Part shown: positions 30,095 to 40,226 of the stretch, piece by piece | Layout: each line of letters begins with the position of its first letter | Position numbering within the stretch: the first letter of the stretch is position 1 | Source: Sutterella sp. | GTDB lineage: Bacteria; Pseudomonadota; Gammaproteobacteria; Burkholderiales; Burkholderiaceae_F | Reading direction: 5' to 3' | DNA length: 64,000 nucleotides | Assembly (NCBI GenBank): GCA_017936545.1 | Contig: JAGBFJ010000059.1 | Location: 18,958-82,957 of the forward strand | Program-made: the position numbers and the translations under genes | Notes under the pieces: model-generated | What the model was told of the DNA's origin: nothing | Seen by the model: the letters and a program-made list of their open reading frames with translations, nothing else | Database searches by the model: none

Positions 30095-30586
30095 TTAGTC
30101 TTCCGGTTCTTCTTCGAAGTCTTCCTCGGAGACGAATTCCTTGGCGAGATTCGCCATTTCGACGGCGCAGCGGGCGCAGTCGCGTCCCTTCATGTCGATG
30201 CGTTCTTCGCACTGTTCGTCGTTCTCGGTCGTCAGCACGCCGTTGGCGACGGGAATGTCGTAGTCGAGCGCCACACGGGAAATGCCTGCGCCCGACTCGT
30301 TCGAAACGAGTTCGAAATGATAGGTTTCGCCGCGGATGACGGCGCCGAGCGCGATGAGCGCATCGTATTCGTCCGTCTGGGCGAGCTTCTGAAGCGCGAA
30401 CGGGATTTCGAGCGCGCCGGGCACGCTCACTTTGGTCACGTCTTCTTCGAGAACGCCGAGCTTCTTGAGTTCGTCAAGGCAGGCATCGAATTCGCCGCGG
30501 CCGGCGTATTCATTGAAGCGCGCAACAACGATGCCGATGCGAAGATCCGTGCCGTCAAGCTTCGTGGGAATAATATCAACAGCCAT
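30095..30586 (-). CDS. ribH: 6,7-dimethyl-8-ribityllumazine synthase
   Basis: [28 protein letters not shown]. Confidence 0.97.
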   Translation of the reverse strand: MAVDIIPTKLDGTDLRIGIVVARFNEYAGRGEFDACLDELKKLGVLEEDVTKVSVPGALEIPFALQKLAQTDEYDALIALGAVIRGETYHFELVSNESGAGISRVALDYDIPVANGVLTTENDEQCEERIDMKGRDCARCAVEMANLAKEFVSEEDFEEEPED

Positions 30587-30889
30587 TTTCTGTCTCCTCC
30601 TGCGCCGACATGACGGGCGGGAGCAATCAAGTTTCTGAAATCATTACGGGCGGCGTTCGGGAAAACGCCGTCGGGCCGGCAGCACGGCAAAGGCCGATCT
30701 GCGGACACTGAGATCAATATTTTAGCGCGAAAGCTTGTCGGCCCGCCCGTTCGCCGCCCTGTTTTTCCAAGTTTCCCCGCCGATTCAGTGTTCTTCGGAG
30801 CATATGGACGCCCCGGTCAGAACCGAACGCCTCCCTTTTCTGCGCCTCTGCCGTCCTGGTCGGAATCGGTCTTCCCTGCCGCGGCCAGC

Positions 30890-30924
30890 AAAAAGCCGCC
30901 CGGCATGATGCTGCCCGGGCGGCC
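30890..30924 (-). terminator. Terminator after ribE
   Basis: Minus strand GCCGCCCGG...CCGGGCGGC TTTTT. Confidence 0.7.
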
Positions 30925-30950
30925 CTGTCGGATCCGGAACGGCGCTCCCG

Positions 30951-31571
30951 TCAGAAGAGGGAATCCTCGTCGTTCTGCAGAGACATCATGCGCTCGATGT
31001 ATCGGGCGATGGTGTCGATTTCCAGATTGACGTAGGTCTGGGGCTTCAGATGCTTGAGCGTCGTCACTTCCACCGTGTGCGGAATGAGGTTGATCGACAC
31101 AAGCGTATCGAGCGCCGTATCCTCAACCTTGTTGATCGTGAGAGACACGCCGTTCACCGTAATCGACCCCTTGTAGGCCAGGTAGGGCGAGAGAACGCGC
31201 GGCGCACGGATCACGAGACGGTAGGACTCGGCCACCTTCTCCATCGTTTCGACCTGACCGACGCCGTCGACATGACCGCTGACGAGATGACCGTCGACAC
31301 GGTCGCCGAGACGCATGGCCTTTTCAAGATTCACTTCGCCGAAGGTATCGAGGCCGGTCGTCTTCGAAAGACTTTCGGCGGAGACGTCCACCTTGAATTC
31401 GGTGTCGTTCTTTTCGATGACCGTCATGCAGGCTCCGTTGACGGCAATCGAATCGCCCACCTTGACGTCGCTGAGGCCGAGTGACGGCGCAACTATGGTA
31501 AGGCGAACGCCGTTGCCGAGAGGCTCGGGTTCGCGAACCTTGCCGATAGCCTGAACAATGCCCGTAAACAT
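30951..31571 (-). CDS. ribE: Riboflavin synthase
   Basis: MFTGIV, GDSIAVNGACMT, VNLE, GHLVSGHVD. Confidence 0.96.
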   Translation of the reverse strand: MFTGIVQAIGKVREPEPLGNGVRLTIVAPSLGLSDVKVGDSIAVNGACMTVIEKNDTEFKVDVSAESLSKTTGLDTFGEVNLEKAMRLGDRVDGHLVSGHVDGVGQVETMEKVAESYRLVIRAPRVLSPYLAYKGSITVNGVSLTINKVEDTALDTLVSINLIPHTVEVTTLKHLKPQTYVNLEIDTIARYIERMMSLQNDEDSLF

Positions 31572-32678
31572 TTAAGCTTTTCTCCTAAGAATCATGCGCA
31601 GATCACCGCCGATCTGCCGGAAGTCCGCCACATGCCAGCGGCGGGCCGCACCCGGCGAAGCGGGTTCGGCGACGGCGGCGATGGGCCGGCCGCTGCCGAA
31701 AAGGCAGGGTGCCGTGTAAAGAACGATCTCGTCGACGAGGTCCGCATCGAGAAAGGCGCCGTTGAGCACCGCGCCCGCCTCCAGATGCACATCGTTGACC
31801 TGCCGCTCTCCGAGTCTGTCGAGCATTTTACCGAGATCAACCCTGCCGGGACGGCCGGCATCGGGGAGCAGCCAGATTTCCGCGCCCGCCGCTTCCAGAG
31901 CGGCGCGTCTTGCCGGATGGTCCTCCGCGGCGGCAATGATCGTGCCGCCGCCGGCCAGTATCCGGGCATAGGGCGGCGTTTCCATTCTGGCATCCGCCAC
32001 GACGCGCAGCGGGAAGCGCTTCTGATCGGGCAGCCGGACCGTCATCTGCGGATCATCCGCCTTCACGGTGCCGACGCCCGTCACGACCGCGCCGGCGCGT
32101 CCCCGCCAGTACTGAGTATCCTCCCGGGCATCCGGTCCCGTAATCCACTGCGAGCGTCCGTCCTCAAAGGCCGTGCGTCCGTCCAGCGTCGCCGCGCATT
32201 TGAGCCGGACCCAGGGTCGTCCCGTCGTCATGCGGGTCAGAAAGCCCGCATTGGCAAGCCATGCCTCATGCTCGAGAACGCCGCAGCTCACTTCGATGCC
32301 GGCGTCCTCCAGCATTCTGAGTCCTCTGCCCGCCACTTCGGGATTGGGATCTCGCACGGCGGCGACGACGCGCCCGAGACGGTTTTCGATGAGCGCCCGC
32401 GCGCAGGGGGGCGTGCGCCCGTAGTGCGAACAGGGTTCGAGCGTCACGTAGATCGTAGCGCCGTCAACGGACTCGCCCCGCTCGAACGCGTTTCTGAGCG
32501 CCATGATCTCCGCATGGGGGCCGCCCGTCTGCTGCGTGAAGCCCGCGCCGACGACCCGGCCGTCCCTGACGATGACCGCTCCCACCGACGGATTGGGCGG
32601 CGAAAGCCGCCAGGCCTTTTCAGCCTCCCTGAGGGCCAGCGCCATCCAGCGGGCGTCTTCCTCGCGTGCCGGCGTCAT
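31572..32678 (-). CDS. ribD: Riboflavin biosynthesis deaminase/reductase
   Basis: PNPSVG, HAE, VTLEPCSHYGRTPPC, SQWIT, DDPQM. Confidence 0.96.
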   Translation of the reverse strand: MTPAREEDARWMALALREAEKAWRLSPPNPSVGAVIVRDGRVVGAGFTQQTGGPHAEIMALRNAFERGESVDGATIYVTLEPCSHYGRTPPCARALIENRLGRVVAAVRDPNPEVAGRGLRMLEDAGIEVSCGVLEHEAWLANAGFLTRMTTGRPWVRLKCAATLDGRTAFEDGRSQWITGPDAREDTQYWRGRAGAVVTGVGTVKADDPQMTVRLPDQKRFPLRVVADARMETPPYARILAGGGTIIAAAEDHPARRAALEAAGAEIWLLPDAGRPGRVDLGKMLDRLGERQVNDVHLEAGAVLNGAFLDADLVDEIVLYTAPCLFGSGRPIAAVAEPASPGAARRWHVADFRQIGGDLRMILRRKA

Positions 32679-33151
32679 TCGCGCACCTCTCTGCCCGCCG
32701 CCTGATCGGCTGCGCGCTGAATCATGCTGATGAACGCCTGCGGATCATTGATGTTGAAGTACACCGATGCAAATCGAATGTACGCGATGGTGTCCAGTCT
32801 CTGCAGCGCCTCCAGCACCAGTTCTCCGACACGGCTCGAGCGGATTTCTCGTTCGCCCGTGAGGATCATCGACTGTTCGATGGAGTCCACCGCATCCTCG
32901 ATCTTTTCGGGAGACACAGGACGCTTTCTGAGGGCGAGCGACATCGAGGCATAAAGTTTCGATCGGTCGTACTCGCTTCTCACGCCGCCGCGCTTGACGA
33001 TGACGGGCATCGTCAGCTGAGTGCGCTCGAAGGTGGTGAACCGCTTTCCGCAGGAGGGACAGCGGCGTCGGCGTCGGATGACGGACCCTTCCTCGGGGGC
33101 TCTCGAATCGATGACCTGGGTATCCCGATTCTGACAGAAGGGACAGCGCAT
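32675..33151 (-). CDS. nrdR: Transcriptional repressor NrdR
   Basis: MRCPFC, IRRRRRC, RFTTFE, AYIRFASVY. Confidence 0.97.
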   Translation of the reverse strand: MRCPFCQNRDTQVIDSRAPEEGSVIRRRRRCPSCGKRFTTFERTQLTMPVIVKRGGVRSEYDRSKLYASMSLALRKRPVSPEKIEDAVDSIEQSMILTGEREIRSSRVGELVLEALQRLDTIAYIRFASVYFNINDPQAFISMIQRAADQAAGREVRE

Positions 33152-33329
33152 ATGGAAACTCCGGAATCGGCCGCATCCAAGGCTGTGACGCACAAGGTTT
33201 TGCGGTATGTGGCAATTGTTTAAGTTTACATCCCGATACTGCCGCCCCGCAAACCTCCAAACACAAAATATGGGCTGACGCCCTGCTCGGAACGTCAGCC
33301 CTAGTGGTTTTGTCCGCGAAAAACCGAAC

Positions 33330-34592
33330 TTATTCGCCGTAAACGGGGAAGGCTCGCGTCAGCTCGGCGACTTCGGCCTTGACGCGCTCGAAAACAGCGG
33401 CGTCTTCAGGCGCCTCGAGCAGGTCGACGATCAGGTTGGCCACGCGGCGCGCTTCGGCTTCGCCGAAACCGCGGGTCGTCATTGCCGGCGATCCGAGACG
33501 GATGCCCGACGTGACAAAGGGCTTTTCCGGATCATTGGGAATGGCGTTCTTGTTGACCGTGATGTGAGCGGCATTGAGAAGCGTTTCCGCGGCCTTGCCC
33601 GTGATCTTGAGCGGACGCAGATCCACCAGCATCACATGGCTTTCAGTGCGGCCCGACACGATGCGCAGACCGCGCTTCTGAAGTTCCTCGGCCATGGCGG
33701 CGGCATTCACGATCACCTGGCGGCCGTATTCCCGGAAGGCGGGCTGCAGAGCTTCGCCGAGCGCCACGGCCTTGGCGGCGATGACATGCATGAGCGGGCC
33801 GCCCTGCATGCCGGGGAAGACTGCGGAGTTGATCTTCTTTTCCAGATCCGGACGGCAGAAAATCAGACCGCCGCGCGGACCGCGAAGCGTCTTGTGGGTG
33901 GTCGTCGTCACGATGTCGGCATGACCGAACGGCGTCGTATACACGCCGGCCGCGATCAGGCCCGCATAGTGAGCCATGTCCACCATCAGAAGCGCGCCGA
34001 CCTCATGGGCGATGTCGGCGAAGCGCTTGAAGTCGATGCGCAGCGAATACGCGGAAGCGCCCGTCACGATGATCTTCGGCTTGTGCTCGCGGGCCAGCTC
34101 GGCCACGCGGTCGTAGTCGATGGCTTCGTCTGCGTCGAGACCGTACGGAACCACCTTGAAATAGCGTCCCGAATAGTTGAGGTGCATACCGTGCGTCAGA
34201 TGACCGCCTTCGGCGAGCGAAAGGCCCATGATGGTGTCGCCCGGTTCAAGAAGGCCGAAATACACGGCGGAATTGGCCTGAGCGCCCGAATGGGGCTGCA
34301 CGTTCACGGCCATGTCGACGCCGGCGGGCTCGCAGAACAGCTTCTTGGCGCGTTCGATGGCGAGTCTTTCGACAATGTCGACATATTCGCAGCCGCCGTA
34401 GTAGCGCTTGCCGGGATAGCCTTCGGCATACTTGTTCGTCAGCTGGGAGCCCTGAGCCTGCATGACGGCGGGCGAAGCATAGTTTTCACTAGCGATGAGC
34501 TCGATATGGTCTTCCTGACGGGAGACTTCCTCGACAATGGCATTCCAGACTTCCGGATCAGCCTTGGCAATGGTGTTGGAGCGCTTGAACAC
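33330..34592 (-). CDS. glyA: Serine hydroxymethyltransferase
   Basis: [35 protein letters not shown]. Confidence 0.98.
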   Translation of the reverse strand: MFKRSNTIAKADPEVWNAIVEEVSRQEDHIELIASENYASPAVMQAQGSQLTNKYAEGYPGKRYYGGCEYVDIVERLAIERAKKLFCEPAGVDMAVNVQPHSGAQANSAVYFGLLEPGDTIMGLSLAEGGHLTHGMHLNYSGRYFKVVPYGLDADEAIDYDRVAELAREHKPKIIVTGASAYSLRIDFKRFADIAHEVGALLMVDMAHYAGLIAAGVYTTPFGHADIVTTTTHKTLRGPRGGLIFCRPDLEKKINSAVFPGMQGGPLMHVIAAKAVALGEALQPAFREYGRQVIVNAAAMAEELQKRGLRIVSGRTESHVMLVDLRPLKITGKAAETLLNAAHITVNKNAIPNDPEKPFVTSGIRLGSPAMTTRGFGEAEARRVANLIVDLLEAPEDAAVFERVKAEVAELTRAFPVYGE

Positions 34593-34667
34593 GACTCGAT
34601 TCCTTCTGATAGAGGCCGCAGCGGGGATCAGTCCCGGGAGACGCCGCGGGCCGGTGGATACAGATGC

Positions 34668-35270
34668 TCAGCAGGCGGCGATCCGCGGGTTGAGCGAATA
34701 GCGTCCGACGAGCTCGGCGGACGCGAGAAGATGGGGCTTCATCGCCGCTTCGACGTCCGCCCAGCGGATCTCGGCGGGCAGGTCAAGCGACTCGGTGTCG
34801 AGCGCAAACACCATGAAGCGGTAATAGTGCCAGCGGGCATCGAAGAAGGGCGGGCAGGGGCCGTCGTAGCCCGTGCCGGTGTCGCCCGCCTCAGGCGTGC
34901 CGCCGCGGCTGTAGTCGTTGATGCCGAGGCGTCCGAACCCGGAAGCGCATTTCCTTGCTTCGGCGATCGCCCCTTCGGGAATCTCCCGGACGCAGGCAGG
35001 GCAGTCGGGCTGCACCCAGTGCACGAAACGGCGACGGAGCTGGGAAGCCGGAATTTCTCCCAAACGGTCGCGCTCGGCCAGATCGGTGGGCACGTCGTCG
35101 TCAAGGCAGGCGAGCACGAAGGAGCGCGTGCCTTCGGGCACGTCATCCCAGGCTAGCTGCGGATTCAGATTGGCCGAACGGACGGTCTTGCCCTCAGGGC
35201 CGATTCTGCCCCAGGCAAAGGCCTCGGGAATCAGTTCGCCGTCACGGAAATTCACGGATGTCAGTTTCAC
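34668..35270 (-). CDS. YbhB/YbcL (PEBP/RKIP-like) protein
   Basis: NPQLAW..VPEGTRSF, FVHW, YDGPCPP, HYYRF.VFALD. GTG start after a GAGGAGG SD. Confidence 0.88.
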   Translation of the reverse strand: MKLTSVNFRDGELIPEAFAWGRIGPEGKTVRSANLNPQLAWDDVPEGTRSFVLACLDDDVPTDLAERDRLGEIPASQLRRRFVHWVQPDCPACVREIPEGAIAEARKCASGFGRLGINDYSRGGTPEAGDTGTGYDGPCPPFFDARWHYYRFMVFALDTESLDLPAEIRWADVEAAMKPHLLASAELVGRYSLNPRIAAC

Positions 35271-35486
35271 GGCATTCCTCCTCGGTTGTCGCCGCAACCC
35301 CTGAAAACGGGGCGTGCGCGGCGTTGGTCAGTTATAGCATCAGACGGAGCGGCGCGCTGTCCCCGCAGACGGGGAATCCGCCGGACACCCTGTCTGAGGC
35401 AATCCGTCTGCGGCGTTCGTACTATCCGCAGACAGTAAAAAATAAGGCGAACAGCGAGGCTTTCCCTGCTGTTCGCCTCAGTCGCA

Positions 35487-35924
35487 TCAGAGACGGAGAA
35501 TGAAGGTGGCGGGCCCGTCATTGACGAGCGCGACCTTCATGTCTGCGCCGAATTCGCCGGTCGGAGCGCTGAAGCCCTCCTCGCGCACGGCGGCCACGAA
35601 GGCTTCGTAGGCCGCACGGCCTTCGGCGGGCGAAGCCGCCGTCGAAAAACTCGGACGGTTCCCCGACCGCGTATCCGCGGCCAGCGTGAACTGAGACACG
35701 CAGAGCACGTCGCCTCCGATATCGCGCACCGAACGGTTCATCTTGCCCGCGTCGTCTTCGAAGATGCGAAGCTTCGCCGTCTTGGCCGCGAGCTTTTTCA
35801 CGGTCTCAGGAGCATCGCCCGGCTCCCCGCAGATGAAGGCGAGAAGTCCTCGGCCGACGGCCCCGGTTACCCGTCCGTCCACGCTGACGGAGGCCTCGCG
35901 CACGCGCTGCAGAAGCACAATCAT
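35487..35924 (-). CDS. dtd: D-aminoacyl-tRNA deacylase
   Basis: LLQRV, SQFTL, RPSF, GEFGADM, NDGP. Confidence 0.95.
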   Translation of the reverse strand: MIVLLQRVREASVSVDGRVTGAVGRGLLAFICGEPGDAPETVKKLAAKTAKLRIFEDDAGKMNRSVRDIGGDVLCVSQFTLAADTRSGNRPSFSTAASPAEGRAAYEAFVAAVREEGFSAPTGEFGADMKVALVNDGPATFILRL

Positions 35925-35935
35925 GGATGCATTCC

Positions 35936-37195
35936 TCAGGCGACGGTGATCTTCGCCCACTTGCGCTTGCCGACCTGCACGACGATCGTCTCGCCCGCCT
36001 TCACAGCGGTCTGGCGGTCGGTGATCTTTTCGCCGTTCACCTTCACGCCGCCCTGATCGATGTTGCGGTTGGCTTCGGAAGCCGAAGGCACGAGACCTGC
36101 ATTCTTGAGAAGTGCGGCCAGACGGATTTCGCCTTCGGGCGCCTCAACGGTCATTTCGGGAATGTCGCTTGGCATGGCGCCGGCGCGGAAGCGGTTGTTG
36201 AATTCCGTTTCGGCAGCGTCGGCGGCGCTCTGGGAATGGAAGCGCGCCACGATTTCCTTGGCGAGCTGGACTTTGGCATCGCGCGGATTGCGGCCTTCGG
36301 CGCATTCCTTCTTGAGCAGGGCGATGTCGGCGTTCGGACGCAGACTGAGAAGATCGTACCAGTCCCACATCAGCGCGTCGGAGATGGACATCACCTTGCC
36401 GAACATGTCGTCCGGAGCGTCCGTAATGCCGATGTAGTTGTGCTTGCTCTTGCTCATCTTGATCTGGCCGTCGAGACCGACAAGAAGCGGCATCGTCAGG
36501 ATGCACTGGGGCTCCTGACCGTACTGGCGCTGCAGTTCGCGGCCGACGAGCAGGTTGAAGCGCTGGTCAGAACCGCCGAGTTCAAGGTCGGCCTTGAGCG
36601 CCACGGAGTCGTAGCCCTGCATCAGCGGATAGATGAGCTCGTGCATGGCGATCGGAGCCTGTTCGGCAAAACGCTTGGCGAAGTCGTCGCGCTCGAGCAG
36701 GCGGGCGAGCGTGTAGCGGGAAGCGAGCTGAATGAGACCCACGGAGCCGAGCGCATTGCTCCATTCGGAGTTGTAGCGCACTTCGGTTCGATCAAGGTCA
36801 AGCACCATGCCCGCCTGATTGAGATAGGTCTTGGCGTTTTCGACGATCTGTTCATGCGAAAGCGGCGGACGCGTGGCGTTGCGGCCGGACGGATCGCCGA
36901 TCGCCGCCGTGAAGTCGCCCACGAGGAAAATCACCGTATGGCCGAGGTCCTGCAGCTGACGGAGCTTGTTGAGCACCACCGTATGGCCGATATGAATGTC
37001 CGGCGCCGTCGGATCAAGACCGAGCTTGCAGCGAAGCGGACGGCCTTCCTTCTTGGCGCGGGCGAGCTTCTGCTCGAATTCTTCTTCAATCAAAAACGTA
37101 TCCGTACCGCGGCGGATCAGCGCCATGGCCTCGCGAATGTCGTCGGTCACCGGCAGCTTCTCAGCAGCGGGCGCCTTTTCCTGTTCAGCAGTCAT
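35936..37195 (-). CDS. tyrS: Tyrosine--tRNA ligase
   Basis: [27 protein letters not shown]-terminal S4 domain. Confidence 0.97.
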   Translation of the reverse strand: MTAEQEKAPAAEKLPVTDDIREAMALIRRGTDTFLIEEEFEQKLARAKKEGRPLRCKLGLDPTAPDIHIGHTVVLNKLRQLQDLGHTVIFLVGDFTAAIGDPSGRNATRPPLSHEQIVENAKTYLNQAGMVLDLDRTEVRYNSEWSNALGSVGLIQLASRYTLARLLERDDFAKRFAEQAPIAMHELIYPLMQGYDSVALKADLELGGSDQRFNLLVGRELQRQYGQEPQCILTMPLLVGLDGQIKMSKSKHNYIGITDAPDDMFGKVMSISDALMWDWYDLLSLRPNADIALLKKECAEGRNPRDAKVQLAKEIVARFHSQSAADAAETEFNNRFRAGAMPSDIPEMTVEAPEGEIRLAALLKNAGLVPSASEANRNIDQGGVKVNGEKITDRQTAVKAGETIVVQVGKRKWAKITVA

Positions 37196-37475
37196 TGTGT
37201 TCTACTCCGTCAGTTCCGTCTCCGCGGCTCAGTGGCGCGGTGCGGAATATGCGGGAACCGGCCGTAATCCGGATCCCGAGTCGAAATCTGGGCAGAGCGC
37301 CGTCACGGACGGAGGGGCCGTCCGGGGGCGCACGCCGGATATTGTAACGGGCGGAAGATTCGGAAACCATTTGCCCGGGCGGCTTTGCGCCGCCCGGCCC
37401 TACTTCTGCCGTAAAATAATAGATTCGTTATTGTTCCTGTTTTTACGGAGTTTCGCAACTCCGCCGGGTTCCTTC

Positions 37476-39005
37476 ATGTCTGCACCGACCCTCATTGCCC
37501 GTTACCTGCGCAGCGCCGGCAGAGCCTATCTCTCCTGGCAGCGGACCCGTACGCCTAAGGTGGCCTGCGTGCCTCAGCGCCGCCTCGGACGCGCGGTCCT
37601 TTTTGCCGCTGCCTGCGCCGCGTCGATGAGCGGCACCTCGCTCATGCTGGGCATCGCTCCCACGCTCGCTCAGGAGCAGCCCCGCACGGACTGGGTGACG
37701 CTGAACGCCGAGGCGCCTACGCTGGCCGAGGCACTTGAAGCGCTCCGCAAGGACGGGTCGGTCACGCCGAAGAATCTCATCGTTCGCAGCGGCGACACGC
37801 TCACCTCGGTGCTGGCCAGGCTCGGCGTCGACGACCGTCACGCTCAGCGGTACATCCGTTCTCAGGCGCTCCTGCGTCCGCTCGTGCTTCCCCAGCGCGG
37901 CCAGTACGTGAGCGCCGGCGTACTTCCCGACGGCCGTCTCGCCTATCTGAAGCTCTATCTGGAAGGCCCACACGAACGCGACAGCCGCACGGTGGAGCTC
38001 ACCCGCAGCGGCGACCTTTTCGCTGCCGCCGAGCATGCCGTCGCCTTTGACACGCTCGAAGAAAGCGTATCCGGCACGGCCGGCTCCAGCTTCTCGGAAA
38101 CGGTCGCCTCCCTCGGTATTCCCGACTCGGTGGCAGAACAGCTCAAGGACGTCTGGGCCGGCGCCGACAATCCCGTTCAGCAGATGCGCCGCGGAGACTC
38201 GCTGCGTCTCATCTACGAGCGCAAGTTCGCCGACGGCAACTTCATCCGCAACGGCCAGCTTCTTGCCGTGCAGGTGGTCACCGAGGGCGACGTTCACGAA
38301 GCCTACTGGTTCGCCGACGGCGTGCAGGCGGGCGGCTTCTACACGCTCGAAGGCCGGGCTTCCCAGCAGACCTTCATGCGGGTGCCGCTCGACGTGCAGG
38401 ACGTGAGCAGCGAATTCGCGCCGCTTCGCCGCCATCCCGTGACAGGCGTACTCCGTCCTCACAACGGCACGGACTTCCGGGCGCCTTCGGGCTCCCGCAT
38501 CTTTGCCGCCGCCGACGGCGTCATCACCTTTGTGGGCTACGAGCGCAAAGGCTACGGACGCTATGTGAAGATAGACCACGGTCTCGGCCGAACGACGCTC
38601 TACGCCCATATGTCGAAGATCCAGAAAGGCCTGCGCAACGGACAGCGCGTCGAACGCGGTCAGGTGATCGGCTACGTCGGCCGCTCGGGTCTGGCGACGG
38701 GACCGCATCTTCACTACGAACTCATGATGGACGGCGTGCAGATCAATCCGAGAACGGCGGATCTGCCCGACACGGAAAATCTCTCCGCCTTCCAGCTGGC
38801 CCAGCTCCGCACGCAGGCTCGTCCGATCCAGCAGCGATTCGACCTGCTCGCGGAAAGCGAAGCCCGCACGGCGCCCACGATTCTGCGCACCAATGCCGCC
38901 CGCAGACGGGACGCCCAGGCCGAAGTGCTCGGCGGTACGTCCGACGCGCCGTCGGTCCGCCGCCGATCGCTTGCCGAATCCGACACCGCGCCTGCGCCGC
39001 ACTGA
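37476..39005 (+). CDS. M23 family peptidoglycan endopeptidase (MepM-like)
   Basis: HNGTD, YAHMS, ATGPHLHYE, LysM-like VRSGDTL; tyrS-M23-anmK synteny. Confidence 0.9.
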   Translation: MSAPTLIARYLRSAGRAYLSWQRTRTPKVACVPQRRLGRAVLFAAACAASMSGTSLMLGIAPTLAQEQPRTDWVTLNAEAPTLAEALEALRKDGSVTPKNLIVRSGDTLTSVLARLGVDDRHAQRYIRSQALLRPLVLPQRGQYVSAGVLPDGRLAYLKLYLEGPHERDSRTVELTRSGDLFAAAEHAVAFDTLEESVSGTAGSSFSETVASLGIPDSVAEQLKDVWAGADNPVQQMRRGDSLRLIYERKFADGNFIRNGQLLAVQVVTEGDVHEAYWFADGVQAGGFYTLEGRASQQTFMRVPLDVQDVSSEFAPLRRHPVTGVLRPHNGTDFRAPSGSRIFAAADGVITFVGYERKGYGRYVKIDHGLGRTTLYAHMSKIQKGLRNGQRVERGQVIGYVGRSGLATGPHLHYELMMDGVQINPRTADLPDTENLSAFQLAQLRTQARPIQQRFDLLAESEARTAPTILRTNAARRRDAQAEVLGGTSDAPSVRRRSLAESDTAPAPH

Positions 39006-39050
39006 TCCATTTTCCCCGCGGACGGGCCGACCCCCGTCCGCCATCCGCCC

Positions 39051-40154
39051 ATGACCACGCTCACTACCATCGGCCTCATGTCGGGCACGAGCCTTGACGG
39101 CACGGACGCCGTCGCGGTGCGTTTCGACGGCGGCCGGATGTCGCGGCTCGGCCGCGTCTACCTGCCATTTCCCGACTCTCTGAGAGAGCAGCTCTACGCA
39201 CTGACGCTGCCCGGCGACAATGAAATCGAACGCATGGGCGACGCCTCGGTCGCTCTCGCTTCGCACTATGCCGAGTCGGTCCGCCTTCTTCTGGAGAAAA
39301 CTGGCCTGACTGCTGCCGGGGTCGGTGCGATCGGGGTGCACGGCCAGACAATCCGCCACCGGCCGGAGCGCGGCTTCACGGTCCAGCTCAATCATCCGGC
39401 GCTGCTGGCCGAACTCACCGGCATCGACGTCGTCGCCGATCTGCGCTCGCGCGACGTGGCGGCGGGCGGCGAAGGCGCTCCGCTGGTTCCCGCCTTCCAT
39501 GCCGAATGCTTCTCCGGCGAAGTTCCGAGGGTCATTCTCAACATCGGCGGCATCGCCAACATCTCCGTTCTCCCCGCACGCGGCTCGGACGAACCGGTCA
39601 CGGGCGGCGATACGGGACCGGGCAACATGCTGATCGACCTCTGGTCCCGGCGCACGACGGGCGCCCCCTTCGACAGGGACGGCACATTCGCCGCCTCGGG
39701 CCGCGTCGACGAAGCGCTTCTTGCCGACTTTCTGGAAGATCCTTACTTCGCCCTCGGCTTTCCGAAGTCTACGGGACGCGAACTCTTCTCGCCCGCGTGG
39801 CTCGACGAGCATCTGGCCCGTCATCCGAATCTGTCCGCCGCCGACGTCGCCCGCACGCTCACGGAACTGACGGCGAGAACCATTGCGGATGCCGTCCGGC
39901 GTTTCGCACCGGCCGCGCGCGAGCTGGTTCTCTGCGGAGGCGGCACCTACAACCGGACGCTCCGGCAGGCAATCTCCCGTCAGTTTGCCGGACGTCTGCT
40001 GGATACCGGCGACTTCGGCGTCGATCCGATGGAAGTCGAGGCTGCCGCCTTCGCCTGGCTGGCCGAACGCTTTCTGCGGCGGCTGCCCGGCAATCTGCCG
40101 GCCGTCACACATGCGGCGGGGCCCCGGATTCTCGGCGCGCTCTACCCGCACTGA
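39051..40154 (+). CDS. anmK: Anhydro-N-acetylmuramic acid kinase
   Basis: IGLMSGTSLDG, HGQTIRH, GGEGAPLVP, NIGGIAN, KSTGRELF. Confidence 0.96.
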   Translation: MTTLTTIGLMSGTSLDGTDAVAVRFDGGRMSRLGRVYLPFPDSLREQLYALTLPGDNEIERMGDASVALASHYAESVRLLLEKTGLTAAGVGAIGVHGQTIRHRPERGFTVQLNHPALLAELTGIDVVADLRSRDVAAGGEGAPLVPAFHAECFSGEVPRVILNIGGIANISVLPARGSDEPVTGGDTGPGNMLIDLWSRRTTGAPFDRDGTFAASGRVDEALLADFLEDPYFALGFPKSTGRELFSPAWLDEHLARHPNLSAADVARTLTELTARTIADAVRRFAPAARELVLCGGGTYNRTLRQAISRQFAGRLLDTGDFGVDPMEVEAAAFAWLAERFLRRLPGNLPAVTHAAGPRILGALYPH

Positions 40155-40170
40155 CCGCCCCCGCCGAAGC

Positions 40171-40200
40171 AAAAGACCCGGCCGGACGGCCGGGTCTTTC
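40171..40200. terminator. Bidirectional terminator
   Basis: AAAGACCCGGCC GGAC GGCCGGGTCTTT. Confidence 0.8.
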
Positions 40201-40226
40201 AGCAGCGTCAGCGCTTCTTGCGTCTA

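Noticed and set aside
30590-30730. Possible FMN riboswitch upstream of ribH
   Set aside because: No AGGGCGGGGUGAAAUUCCC-type core.
33258-33312. NrdR-box-like ACACAAAATATGGG upstream of nrdR
   Set aside because: Single imperfect match that forms part of the glyA terminator hairpin.
34593-34667. Possible ZTP (pfl) riboswitch upstream of glyA
   Set aside because: Only a GC hairpin; the GACUGG and CGCCUGGG conserved elements are missing.
37443-40172. 909-aa minus-strand ORF, and similar long antisense ORFs (42580-45219, 21770-23950, 904-2676, 6197-7906)
   Set aside because: They are shadows of well-supported genes on the opposite strand, expected in high-GC DNA, and carry no recognisable motifs.
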